A stretch of DNA of 63,980 bases, the filler included, from Octopus bimaculoides (Eukaryota), in NCBI RefSeq assembly GCF_001194135.2. It is 9 parts of 8 records of this genome, joined end to end, with 100 filler letters (N's around TTAATTAATTAA, not from the genome) between each part and the next. Parts side by side here need not be neighbours in the genome. Positions count along the whole stretch, not along the records: positions 4,016 to 14,293 come from NC_068981.1; positions 14,394 to 17,625 come from NC_068988.1; positions 17,726 to 35,697 come from NC_068999.1; 6 more parts are not named here. One strand, given 5' to 3'. The notes under the pieces are model-generated. The model was given only the letters and a program-made list of their open reading frames with translations. It made no database searches and had not been told where the DNA came from. The translations under genes were made by a program, and so were the position numbers. Of this stretch, positions 11,969 to 23,633 are shown piece by piece. The first letter of the stretch is position 1; each line of letters opens with the position of its first letter.

Positions 11969-12231
11969 TGTAGAGCAGGATTCGTGACAGACGAACTGTA
12001 GACAGATACTTCGCTGCGGGTTAGCTAGGAAGTTGGTTAGCAGGAAAGAAAAGGACTTCCGGGAGGAGAATGAAAAACAGAAGAATGTCAGCGGCGAGCG
12101 TGGAACGAATCTGAGTGAACTATACCAAAATAACTGACGACTTAAGCCCTATTGTATCTAAAGTAATAAACCTATGGTAAATGTATTCTCGTCTCCACTA
12201 GTTTGTTTGCGTATAGCTTAACAAAGCTATA
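11969..12231 (+). repeat. 5' LTR (TGTAG...CTATA, 263 bp)
   Basis: TGTAG start, AATAAA at ~12165, ends 2 nt before the PBS. Confidence 0.75.
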
Positions 12232-12233
12232 AC

Positions 12234-12246
12234 CGGTGACTCCGAC
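12234..12246 (+). promoter_or_regulatory. Primer-binding site complementary to the tRNA-Trp 3' end
   Basis: cggtgactccgac versus canonical TGGTGACCCCGAC (2 mismatches). Confidence 0.75.
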
Positions 12247-12279
12247 AATAGAACAACAACTCCCGCTACCGAAACAAAC

Positions 12280-12716
12280 ATGGCTAGCAACAAAACCCCA
12301 CTGAGGCTACCACAGTTCTGGTCTAAGAGGGCTGAGCTGTGGTTCGCGCAGGCGGAAGCTCAATTCGATATAAACAACATAACGGCCGACCAAACAAAGT
12401 ACTCGCACGTTGTAGCGGCACTGGACGAAGACATAGCAACGAGGGTGCTGGACATTTTAACCCATCCCTCACCAACAAAAAAAATACGCCATTTTGAAAG
12501 ATAGGCTTGTGGATACATTCCGATGCAGTGAAAGAGAAGCGGCAGCCAGGATACTGGAGGAGTAATTAGGCGATTCCAAGCCTTCAGAACTGATGGACAG
12601 GATGTTGGCATTATCCCCCCCCCCACCCCGGTGAGTCACCTTCCTTTTTGTTTGAAGAAATATTCCTCTGCAAGTTGCCACTCCAGATCCAGGCCCTCAT
12701 AACTCAGACCGAAATC
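12280..12716 (+). pseudogene. gag: Gag, frameshifted
   Basis: LRLPQFWSKRAELWFAQAEAQF...TKYSHVVAAL, then in another frame LGDSKPSELMDRMLAL. Frameshift in the A-run at ~12477-12484 and a premature stop. Confidence 0.85.
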
Positions 12717-13343
12717 NNNNNNNNNNNNNNNNNNNNNNNNNNNNNNNNNNNNNNNNNNNNNNNNNNNNNNNNNNNNNNNNNNNNNNNNNNNNNNNNNNNN
12801 NNNNNNNNNNNNNNNNNNNNNNNNNNNNNNNNNNNNNNNNNNNNNNNNNNNNNNNNNNNNNNNNNNNNNNNNNNNNNNNNNNNNNNNNNNNNNNNNNNNN
12901 NNNNNNNNNNNNNNNNNNNNNNNNNNNNNNNNNNNNNNNNNNNNNNNNNNNNNNNNNNNNNNNNNNNNNNNNNNNNNNNNNNNNNNNNNNNNNNNNNNNN
13001 NNNNNNNNNNNNNNNNNNNNNNNNNNNNNNNNNNNNNNNNNNNNNNNNNNNNNNNNNNNNNNNNNNNNNNNNNNNNNNNNNNNNNNNNNNNNNNNNNNNN
13101 NNNNNNNNNNNNNNNNNNNNNNNNNNNNNNNNNNNNNNNNNNNNNNNNNNNNNNNNNNNNNNNNNNNNNNNNNNNNNNNNNNNNNNNNNNNNNNNNNNNN
13201 NNNNNNNNNNNNNNNNNNNNNNNNNNNNNNNNNNNNNNNNNNNNNNNNNNNNNNNNNNNNNNNNNNNNNNNNNNNNNNNNNNNNNNNNNNNNNNNNNNNN
13301 NNNNNNNNNNNNNNNNNNNNNNNNNNNNNNNNNNNNNNNNNNN

Positions 13344-14293
13344 AAATCACATGGGTATTCACCATCGCCGATGTCCATCCGCCCATAATCGGTGCAGACT
13401 TTCTTCGAGCTCACTTGCTACTGTACTCGACAACAACACATACGCTTCCGTGCCTCTCGCAACATCTGCACATGCCACCCTCCGTATAGCAACCATCTCG
13501 CAGAGCAAGAACCAATTCTCGGATCTTCTTGTTAGTCGCCCCAATCTCATCACTCCAACATACTCCAAACCTACAGCCCGCCACGGGGTGACACACCACA
13601 TCTCCACCACACCCCGTCCCCCCAGTGCACAGCCGCACACGTCGTCTATCACCAGACAAACTTGCAATCGCAAAAGCCGAGTTCGACAATATGAAGGCAT
13701 TGGGTATAGTTCGCCGATCAAGCAGTTCCTGGTCATCACTCCTGCATGTGGCCCCCAAATTCAACGGAGATTATCGACCCTGTGGAGATTACCGCTGTCT
13801 CAACGCGGATACAACACCTGAACACTACCCCATTCCAAATATACAAGATTTTTCAGCCCAGCTAACCGGGTGCTCGGTTTTCTCCAAGGTTGACCTCATC
13901 TGGGGATACCGCCAAATACCAGTACAAGACGACGATGTACCGAAAACTGCTGTGACCACTCCTTTCGGTCTGTACGAATTCCTACGCACACCCTTTGGGC
14001 TGAAAAACGCGACACAATCCTTCCAACGCCTGATGAACACTGTGTGCAGAGGTCTCGATTTTGTCTTTGCATACTTAGATGATATCCTTATTGCAAGCCC
14101 AAACGCAGAGCTAAATAAGAAGCACCTTGTGACTCTTTTTGATAGGCTGGAACACTATGGTTTAGTAATCAACCTAGCCAAGTGCGTTTCTGGTGCGACA
14201 GAAATCGACTTCTTGGGACATCGAATCCCAAGTGCTGGCGCTACACCCCTCTCAGGAAAAGTAAAAGCTATCCTATCCTTTCCATGCCCCACC
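13344..14293 (+). pseudogene. pol: Pol fragment: protease C-terminus and reverse transcriptase
   Basis: IIGADFL (protease end); RT motifs RPCGDYR, FSKVDL, KTAVTTPFGLYEF, PFGLKNA, FAYLDDILIAS, FLGH. 13625-14293 is open; frameshifts lie upstream. Confidence 0.92.
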
Positions 14294-14393
14294 NNNNNNN
14301 NNNNNNNNNNNNNNNNNNNNNNNNNNNNNNNNNNNNNTTAATTAATTAANNNNNNNNNNNNNNNNNNNNNNNNNNNNNNNNNNNNNNNNNNNN

Positions 14394-14730
14394 AAAGAAA
14401 TCAGCTGGGTTCTTTATCTGCATGTGACTCAGAGGAGAAGTGAAGACACTCTTGAATTGCGCACTGAGCACTTCACTTATCCATGTGGGATCTGCAGTCA
14501 GTGAGCCATTAGGCAGGAATAGGGGTCCTATTTTATACTGTGCCGTAGCAGTCTCTTTTGCAAATCTATAGAAAGCCTTGGGGTTTGTTTTTATGCTTTC
14601 TACTGCTCTCTTCTCCTTCTCTGCTCTCTCCTTTTCATGGGAGTGTTTGATCTTGTTTTCTATTTCTAACAGTGTTAGTTTTAATTTAGCCCTTTTCCTA
14701 TCCTCCAGTTCTCTAAATGAGAAGTGATGC
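14394..14730 (-). mobile_element. CR1-group LINE ORF2 fragment (endonuclease-RT linker)
   Basis: Manual translation with no stops: ...ESIKTNPKAFYRFAKET...KIGPLFLPNGSLTAD...SEVLSAQFKSVFT. Absent from the ORF track because it has no upstream Met. Confidence 0.7.
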
Positions 14731-15304
14731 TAAGTTATGATGTTATCCTATGAAGTTAAATACCGAACAAGTATGGGACGCTGTACATTTCAAAAAAACC
14801 GTTGGACTTATAAAAGTAAATAAAAAAACCAAGACCGAAGAAAAAAACCGTTAGATATTAAAAATATATTTTCTTATACAAGTTAATGGTCAAATAGAAG
14901 TAAATCTAATAAATAATGCTTATGTTTAATATAATATAATCACCTCAACTATACATAATCTAAACAAGACATTATATTAAGTTAAGATTTAGAAGTAAAA
15001 AGACCTTATATGGTTATGTAAGTCCGATAGATTAGAGAAAATAAATTGTAAAAAATAAGAAATAATAGGCAAATATATATATATATATAAATTTTTTTAG
15101 GTTACATTTAAATTGCTGCTATCAAAAATATGAGAAATGAATAAAAATAAAGATAAGTGAACTGCATTAGGATATATTCAAATTGTAACTAACAAATTAA
15201 AGAAAAATTAAGTTAATTACTTTAGTGATGAAGTTTAAATACAATATTCAGAGTAATATTACAAGGATTGATGGATTTAATTTGAAGCAGGTTATAAAGA
15301 TAAG

Positions 15305-15930
15305 GTGTATTACATTAAACCAGATTCTGATTCCTCTAAGGCAGATGTAAATTGTAGCAATATCAATAATAACATTAATACTAATAATAATAATATTTAT
15401 ATTGTAAGAAGGAATAAAGGCAAGCCGCAATACCATGGTCGTGTATCCAACACTAACAAAGGTAGAGTAAAATTTTTTAAGAATAGTTGTGATAGTTATA
15501 ATTCCAAAATAGAGGATAATTTATGGTTTGTTCCATTTGGGAAACAAATTAAATCAGACTTAGTTACCCTGTTCAGGAATGTAGTTAGTAAAAATTTTCC
15601 TAAAAACTCGCATTACTATAAAGTCATTAACACTCATAATGTAAGGTTTGTTTTTTCTAATACCAAAAATTTAACCCAAATTATCGCCACCCATAGCTTA
15701 AAACTATTGAAGATTCTAATAACATAAATATAGGTAATAATCTAAATTTTCCAAGAGACACTGTTATAGATAAGTCGTTTCCGTATGACAAGGGTAAAAA
15801 TTGTTGTTCCTTATGTAATTTGGAATTGTATTTCATACTATTTTCCAAGGGTGACCTAATTAATAAAATTACTTTTAAATCTTTCAGATGCCTACATATG
15901 AATAAACATACATTTTTGTTCTATTAATCG
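15305..15930 (+). mobile_element. Very AT-rich Penelope-like (Neptune-type) remnant: linker and C-terminus
   Basis: LWFVPFGKQIKSDL...FPKNSHYYKVINTHNVRFVFSNTKNLTQIIATHSLKLL resembles the Neptune-type IWFNPP...HFPK...HNKKIL motif. After one frameshift: PYDKGKNCCSLCNLELYFI...LINK...RCLHMNK. Confidence 0.65.
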
Positions 15931-16717
15931 GAATTATTAATATAATTTAGTTAGGTTAGTATTATTGCATAGCTTAATTTCTCTATATGATTATAAAAAT
16001 TTTTTTTTAAATCAAAATTGATATACTATTGTGATAGGTTCAATAACATTGACTAATTCATTTAGATTCAACTATAAACACAGATATATATTATTTTGCT
16101 AGTGTTAATGAATAATTAAGATTGAATTTATATGCTTACTATTTGAGTGTAACTTAAATTTATTCATTATGTAATTGTGTAATTTATAATATCCTTTTTA
16201 TCTTGATTACATATCCTTTATTGAGCTCTATAAGTTAAAAAAAAAAATTTTTTTTTAAATAATAATCAATTTAACAATGGTAGGATCTATAAAAAAAACC
16301 TGATTCATTTAGATTCTCTTAAAATGCACATACTCATTAATTTGCTAGATTTACCTCCCCTTGACCATCAATTTTAGTTTTACATCGCTAACTCTGAATC
16401 TATAATATCTCGTTCATAATATAACTTGATTTTTAAACGATTTTTGTTCATAAGTATGTATTGAATTATTTTATATAATGTAGTATTCCAGCTAACTACT
16501 TTACATCATAATAATTTTTCTTTAATTTGTTAGCTACAATTTGAATGTATCCTAATGCAGTNNNNNNNNNNNNNNNNNNNNNNNNNNNNNNNNNNNNNNN
16601 NNNNNNNNNNNNNNNNNNNNNNNNNNNNNNNNNNNNNNNNNNNNNNNNNNNNNNNNNNNNNCTAGTGAAACACATTCACTGATTTCAAAAATAGAAATAA
16701 AACATTTCTAAATCTCT

Positions 16718-16829
16718 CAGAGAGATTTATACAGTAGTGATGCGACAAAGTAGTTGTATGCTGTCAACTTAATGTGACAGTCCCATGAAGGGACTACTTT
16801 ATCGCATCACTGCTGCATAAATCTCTCTG
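16718..16829. repeat. Foldback / small MITE with ~37-bp arms
   Basis: cagagagatttatacagtagtgatgcgacaaagtagt pairs with actactttatcgcatcactgctgcataaatctctctg (few mismatches). Confidence 0.85.
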
Positions 16830-17726
16830 AATGTATTTCATTAGAAATATATGTTTACGAGAGCTTGACAGGCATCTCCAACTAGCAGGCCATTGCTACT
16901 CTAGATTGATGATGAGCAAAGACTCAGAAACATGTCTCTGGATGCAGGTTTAGCTAAGTGGAGGTGCTTGTCTCCCCTTGTAAACATAAGGCCACAGGAA
17001 ATGTGTCAGGTCCGACAGGAAGCAGTGCAGCTTCCTAGGGCTAAATAGCAGTAGTATTATTAGTTTCATTGTGTATGTGTGTATATTATACATACGAATA
17101 TTTATATCAGCATATTAACTTTCCGATAATTTGTTTAGCCTTTGTGTTATTTATATACACTCCATTTATATAGGTATATATGAATTTGTGAGTATGTATG
17201 TATGTATGTGTGTGTGCATATATGTGTACGTATATATATGAATGTATATGTATATGTATATATATGAATGTATATGTATATATATATATATATATATTCA
17301 TGCCTAACTCATTNNNNNNNNNNATATATTCATGCCTAACTCATTTGTCGAACCGTAGCTAAGCGAAGACATTTTAAAACAATAGGTGACCAATTAGATG
17401 AGGGGACTGAACAGCAAAAATAACCCCTCCCCAGTACCAGCAAGATTCCAACTACTCCATAAACAGAAAAATAACGGAGTAACTCATCACAGGTTTATAA
17501 AAGTTTGGATATTATTGTTAAAATTCTCACGAACTAATTGTATAAATTCCTCCATTACAAACATAACTAATACGTACGTACAGCATAGGTTTCTGATGTA
17601 ATATATATATATATATATATATATANNNNNNNNNNNNNNNNNNNNNNNNNNNNNNNNNNNNNNNNNNNNTTAATTAATTAANNNNNNNNNNNNNNNNNNN
17701 NNNNNNNNNNNNNNNNNNNNNNNNNA

Positions 17727-18600
17727 CCTATAGTAGAAAGGATTATTCTTCCTTTTTTATTTCGACGGATAATTACAAAAACCCTATTAGTCATGGAATC
17801 TGTCAATTTCTTAATATTAGCAGGTTGGACTGCCTCTGATGCAATTTTGATGGTCACCTATAAGGCTTCTTTCGATGTGAATTGGCGTCCATCAGAACAA
17901 ACATCTTCTTTAATGATGGACCAAAGATTTTTGATAGGGTTGAGATCCGGAGATGCTAGCGGACACACCATTAACCTTTCACCTTGTATGCCGTAGGAAT
18001 GTTTGGGTGACCATGGCAGAGTGGGAGGGAGGGTTGTCATGCATGAATACGACATTCCTAAGAAGTGGCAGCAGTATGTTATTTAGCCAGGGATCCAAGA
18101 CCTCTTTCAGGAGGTTGCAGTATGCGGCTACGGTCATTTTAACCACTTCAGGCACCCTGACTGGGCCGACAAGTCTGTCTCTAATGACACCAACATGACT
18201 CCACCACCCTGTTGTAACGTGATCTCCAAAACAAACCCAATCATTTGCCCAACCGTTAGACTGAAGGGTCGCCCTAGTTTCGTCAGTGAACAGAACACAA
18301 CACATGTCTAACGTTATGTACTTTTGGGGGCCATTGAATCTTCAAAGTCCTGTGAGGAGGCTGTTTCAGGGGTTCTAGGACGTTAGCCATGGTCCTGAGG
18401 ATGCGATTTCTAGTGGTTTTCGGTATAAGAGGAAGCCCAGAGGCAGTGAAAATGGCTTTGCTTCTTTGCCCAGGCTTCCCATGTAACTTACGGTCAATAT
18501 TTTTAAAATTCCTAGCTGTCACAGTCTTGGAGGCTCCACAGTGGGATCGTTTCTTTCTTGGCGCTCATGTGGCTAAATAATTTAGTATGTCGATAAATGT
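17727..18600 (-). mobile_element. Decayed Tc1-superfamily transposase, DD37E (TRT-like)
   Basis: VLFTDETRATL...RLVGPVRVPEVVKMT...FMHDNPPSH...GIQGERLMVCPLASPDLNPIKNLWSIIK; multiple frameshifts. Confidence 0.8.
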
Positions 18601-18898
18601 TATATTATGGTTTTCTATTGAATGTATACTCAATGTATGATTAATATCTGTCATTACCCTTCATTTTCTGAAACAAATGTCTACATTGGCTATTTTCATT
18701 CAAAAACTATTATCATGGTTCACACAACAACTGAAGAATCTGAAATAAAAAAGAAAGGACGTTACACAGAATAATGAAAACACAATGGTGTTGCCATAGT
18801 GTGCAAACCAGCTGGGAAAAGTTTTATCAAAATCGATTCACAGAAAACCGGGCAATCCTAAATATCACTCCTAAGCTATTGGCGTGGTTCAGGGTGTA

Positions 18899-18956
<58 letters not shown>

Positions 18957-19454
18957 CATAGGCATTAATACGTATATAAATTTAGTTACACTTTATCACC
19001 ACTGACCGACTGTCTGTTGTATCATATTGATTCCTGTTAATTCTCTAAGGGATTCTTTAACCAACAGCTTTGCTTAATTGTTGAGTTTGTTTTGTTTTTT
19101 TTAATAAATTTTTATTCTTTCTCTAAGACTTCAGATATTTTCTTTGAAACCAAAGTTTTTTTCATGGGCCCCGTACATACTAGCATGGGCCACCGTATAT
19201 AGACTCTAATGTCTAAGGGGTCCACTTGCCATCCTCAACCTGGCAACCTGGCCAAGCCACCATTGTGTATACATATAAAATCAAAATAAGCAACAGGATA
19301 TCAAGTAATGATGCAGTACGACCGTTTCATGCGACTCCATTTAATTGAACAATGCAATCATTATATCACTTTAAATACAGCTGCACAATAGATAAATAAA
19401 TGAAATTTTAACAAGTAGGACATATCAATATAATTTTTCTCAGGCGCATACACA

Positions 19455-19566
19455 AGCGGTAGACTATTTTCAACTGCGTGACATCTTGGACGAGTATCTT
19501 CTATCGCCTCGGGTCGACCAAAGTGGATTTGGTAGACGCAAACTGGAAGAAGCCTGTCGTATGTGT

Positions 19567-19646
<80 letters not shown>

Positions 19647-19850
19647 CTTTGTGTGTCTGTGGGTGTTGTTTCCCCACCACCATCGCTTGGCAATTGATGT
19701 TGGTATGTTTATTTCCAGTAATTGCTAAAGAAACCAATAGAATAAGTACTAGGCTTACAAAGAATAATTCCTGAGGTCTATTTGTTCGACTAAAGACGGT
19801 GCTACAGCATGGCCGCAGTCAAATGACTGAAACAAGTAAAAGAATAAAAG
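19455..19850 (+). mobile_element. Family B composite SINE (CORE head + (TG)n + tail module)
   Basis: Head, ~90 bp (TG)n, then ccaccatcgcttg...gaataagtactaggcttacaaagaata...catggccgcagtcaaatgactgaaacaagtaaaag. Confidence 0.85.
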
Positions 19851-19936
19851 AATACATATATGTATATGTGTATGTGCGTATATATGTGTGTGTGTGTGAG
19901 ATTAAGTATGTAAATATATACGCATATATACATATT

Positions 19937-19998
<62 letters not shown>

Positions 19999-20545
19999 TG
20001 TATGTATATTTCATTGGTCTATTGCGCTGTGTTGTTATTGCTATGCCATATTTTGGCAAATGTCCATCGTTTAATGAAGCACAAGAGAGTATGTGCATAC
20101 ACATTTACACGCTTACGTTCATATAAATACATAAACATAAAGACACTGATGTATGCAAAGGTATACATATATGCACCCATGGAGTTTAGAAATCGAGAGA
20201 AAAACTGACATCTCTGTCTCTAGATATTGACTGACTATTCAAGACTATTCTTACGTTCGTTTCTGTGTGCGTATATGTGTATAAATCTATATTTCTACAT
20301 CTAGGGAGATGTATTTTTGAAAAGTGTTATTAATAAATATATGAATACATGTATGTATGTATGTATGTATGTATGTATGTATGTATGTATGTATGTATGT
20401 ATGTATGTATGTATGTATGTGTATAGATACGTACATATAGATGCTTATAAGCATTCTCTCTCACATAACAGTACATANNNNNNNNNNTAAACAAACACTT
20501 ACATAAACTCTCTCTCTCACACACACACACACACATATATATATA

Positions 20546-20611
<66 letters not shown>

Positions 20612-21150
20612 ATATAGATATACACGCTTTGTGCAGGCACATATGCATACATACTAACATATATATTCTCTGCGAACTGTATGTAGCTGTTATTTGTCCA
20701 AGATCATCTTCGATTAAGCAGGTATATGTTTAGAAAAGCATTCCTGCTGTAACCAACCCGTTCTTTTGAGAACAGCAGCATGCAGTGCATTATTCAATTT
20801 TCTAGATGATCGGGTGTGATTTTAGTGACCGCAGAGAGTTCTCTTACCTAAGGCATATGAACCTGGAAGACTACCACCAAGTAAGTAGACGTAAACAGAA
20901 ATACACTTATGAAAGTTGACTCAAGCACACATATTTATGTGTGGATGCAAGCGTGATTGTGTTTATATATGTAAATATATATGCATATACATGTGTCTGT
21001 GCACGTTTGTATCTCTTCATGTACATGTGCGTGTGTGTCTGTCTGTCCGTCTGTTTGTCTGTTTGTCTGTCTGTCTGTCTGTATGTATGTATGTATGTAT
21101 GCATTTATGTATGTAATTAGTACAGTGAATTTATGCTGAGGAGTGGAAAA

Positions 21151-21183
21151 TCCAACGTTTCGGAAAGTGTCCTTCTTCGGGAA
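21151..21183 (-). ncRNA. Degenerate minimal hammerhead motif
   Basis: ttc-CCGAAGA-aggacactttcc-GAAAC-GTT-gga; one core substitution (U to C). Confidence 0.4.
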
Positions 21184-21385
21184 AAGTGAAAAAATAAATG
21201 AGAGACGGCAAAGTTTTACATCATTTAAGTTTAGATAAAGCTGGTTGCAACACGATTTTACAACATATTGTAAGTCTCTTTGGAGTCTATTTGATCATAT
21301 ATACATATGAATGTACGTGTGTGTGTGTGTATGTAGATATATNNNNNNNNNNACACATATACATAAGTATGTATGTATGTACGTA

Positions 21386-22960
21386 TGTATAGCGATTAAT
21401 ATATTTTAAATGTCAGAAAAGCTAGTGAATGTACAAATTCGTAACTGGTTTTGTAAACACGCTTAACCATTAGTTAAATTCTCTGAACAATCTAAGTTTG
21501 TATAACGGTCTTAAAAGTTAATAACACTAATACTTGTTTCGTCCAAATGTCTCATGTACAAAATAAGAGAACGATTAGATTCATTCAGAAATATCTGGAA
21601 ATTTCAAATATTGTTTACATTTGCTGGCTCACCGCTACTACCGTCTCAGTATTGTGCTAGCTTCCAAAGATGGCACACCACGCTAAAGTTACACCCTACC
21701 TCCGAAAAGAAATTGTCAGGATGAAAGTTTCAGGAATGACTGTCTCAGCTATTTTACGAGACGTAAGGAGATCTAAGAGCGTAGTTTCATGTGTCCTTAA
21801 GCTCTATGAAGAAACTAAAGGTTTTGAAACGAAAAAGGCAACTGGTAGACCACGTAAAACCACCATGCGAGATGATCGAGCCATGAAATGGTAAGTATTC
21901 AATGATCCTTTCGAGACTGCGGATGGAATTTCTAAGAAAATAAAAGTAAATAATGGTACGGAAATCACGTCGTCTGAAGGAATTTGGATTAAAGACTTGT
22001 TCTCCGGCAACGAAACCTACCATCAGCAAGAAGAACAAATTGGAAAGACTTTCATTTGCAGAAGCTCATGTGAACTGGAGGGATGAAAATTGGTCGAAAG
22101 TTCATTTTAGCGATGAAAGCAAATTCAATTTAGTAGGTTCAGAGGGTAGACAGTATGTTAGGCGCTTCACAGGAGATTGGCTTAAATTAAAGTGCTTAAA
22201 GAAATCTGCAAGTTTGGAGGAGGAAACGTCATGGTGTGGGGAATGATTTCTTCTGGAGGAGTTGGCCCTTTATCGTAGATTAAAGGGGCTAATAATGCTA
22301 ATATCTATTTGAATTTGGTTAAACAACATGTGGCCCCATCATTACAAGCATTTTCAAATCAACCGTGCATTTTCATGCAAGATAACGCCCCTTGTCATAC
22401 TGCAAAGTGTGTCACTGGATTCTTTAGTGAACAAAATAACCAAGTAATGAAGTGGCCAGCGCAAAATCCAGACTTAAATCTAATTGGAAACCTTTGGAAG
22501 ATAATTGGAGACAGAGTAAGACAAAGGGCACCAACTACTACGACGAATTTATGAGAGATATTAGAAGAGGAATGGAAGAAAGTAACACCTGACTTGTACA
22601 AGAAGCTTTTTATGTCCTGTGGCAATCGATGTGCAGAAGTAATCTTCATCAAAGGTCTACAAACATCATACTACCTGTATTAAGTTCATATTTACGTTTC
22701 TTTCAATCATTGTTATGGCTTTGAGTTAACTGAAGTACTTTTTGGTTTAATTGTCCTCTTATTTTGCACGTGAGACACTTGAACGAAACTAGTATTAGTG
22801 TTAACTTTTATTAAGACCATTGTACAAACTTAGATTTTTCACAGAATTTAGCTAATGGCTAACCATATTTACGAAACCAATTGCGAATTTGTACGTTTAC
22901 TAGCTTTTCCAACATTTCAAAAAATATTACTCATTGTCTTTTTATCTTTGTTCGCTAATG
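21386..22960 (+). mobile_element. Near full-length decayed Tc1 element (DD34E type) with long (~200 bp) TIRs
   Basis: 21416-21580 is the reverse complement of ~22740-22909; right end ...ttcgctaatg followed by TA. Transposase motifs GRPRKTT, VHFSDESKFNL, FMQDNAPCHTAK...WPAQNPDLNLIG (34-aa spacing, E to G); stops and frameshifts. Confidence 0.92.
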
Positions 22961-23633
22961 TACACACACAGACACACACACACACACANNNNNNNNNNNN
23001 NNNNNNNNNNNNNNNNNNNNNNNNNNNNNNNNNNNNNNNNNNNNNNNNNNNNNNNNNNNNNNNNNNNNNNNNNNNNNNNNNNNNNNNNNNNNNNNNNNNN
23101 NNNNNNNNNNNNNNNNNNNNNNNNNNNNNNNNNNNNNNNNNNNNNNNNNNNNNNNNNNNNNNNNNNNNNNNNNNNNNNNNNNNNNNNNNNNNNNNNNNNN
23201 NNNNNNNNNNNNNNNNNNNNNNNNNNNNNNNNNNNNNNNNNNNNNNNNNNNNNNNNNNNNNNNNNNNNNNNNNNNNNNNNNNNNNNNNNNNNNNNNNNNN
23301 NNNNNNNNNNNNNNNNNNNNNNNNNNNNNNNNNNNNNNNNNNNNNNNNNNNNNNNNNNNNNNNNNNNNNNNNNNNNNNNNNNNNNNNNNNNNNNNNNNNN
23401 NNNNNNNNNNNNNNNNNNNNNNNNNNNNNNNNNNNNNNNNNNNNNNNNNNNNNNNNNNNNNNNNNNNNNNNNNNNNNNNNNNNNNNNNNNNNNNNNNNNN
23501 NNNNNNNNNNNNNNNNNNNNNNNNNNNNNNNNNNNNNNNNNNNNNNNNNNNNNNNNNNNNNNNNNNNNNNNNNNNNNNNNNNNNNNNNNNNNNNNNNNNN
23601 NNNNNNNNNNNNNNNNNTATATATGTATATATA

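Larger units (their letters stand above)
11969..14293 (+). mobile_element. Ty3/Gypsy LTR retrotransposon, CsRn1-like clade, partial (gap-interrupted, 3' end lost at a scaffold join)
   Basis: 5' LTR, PBS, gag, protease end and RT in the expected order. Confidence 0.9.
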
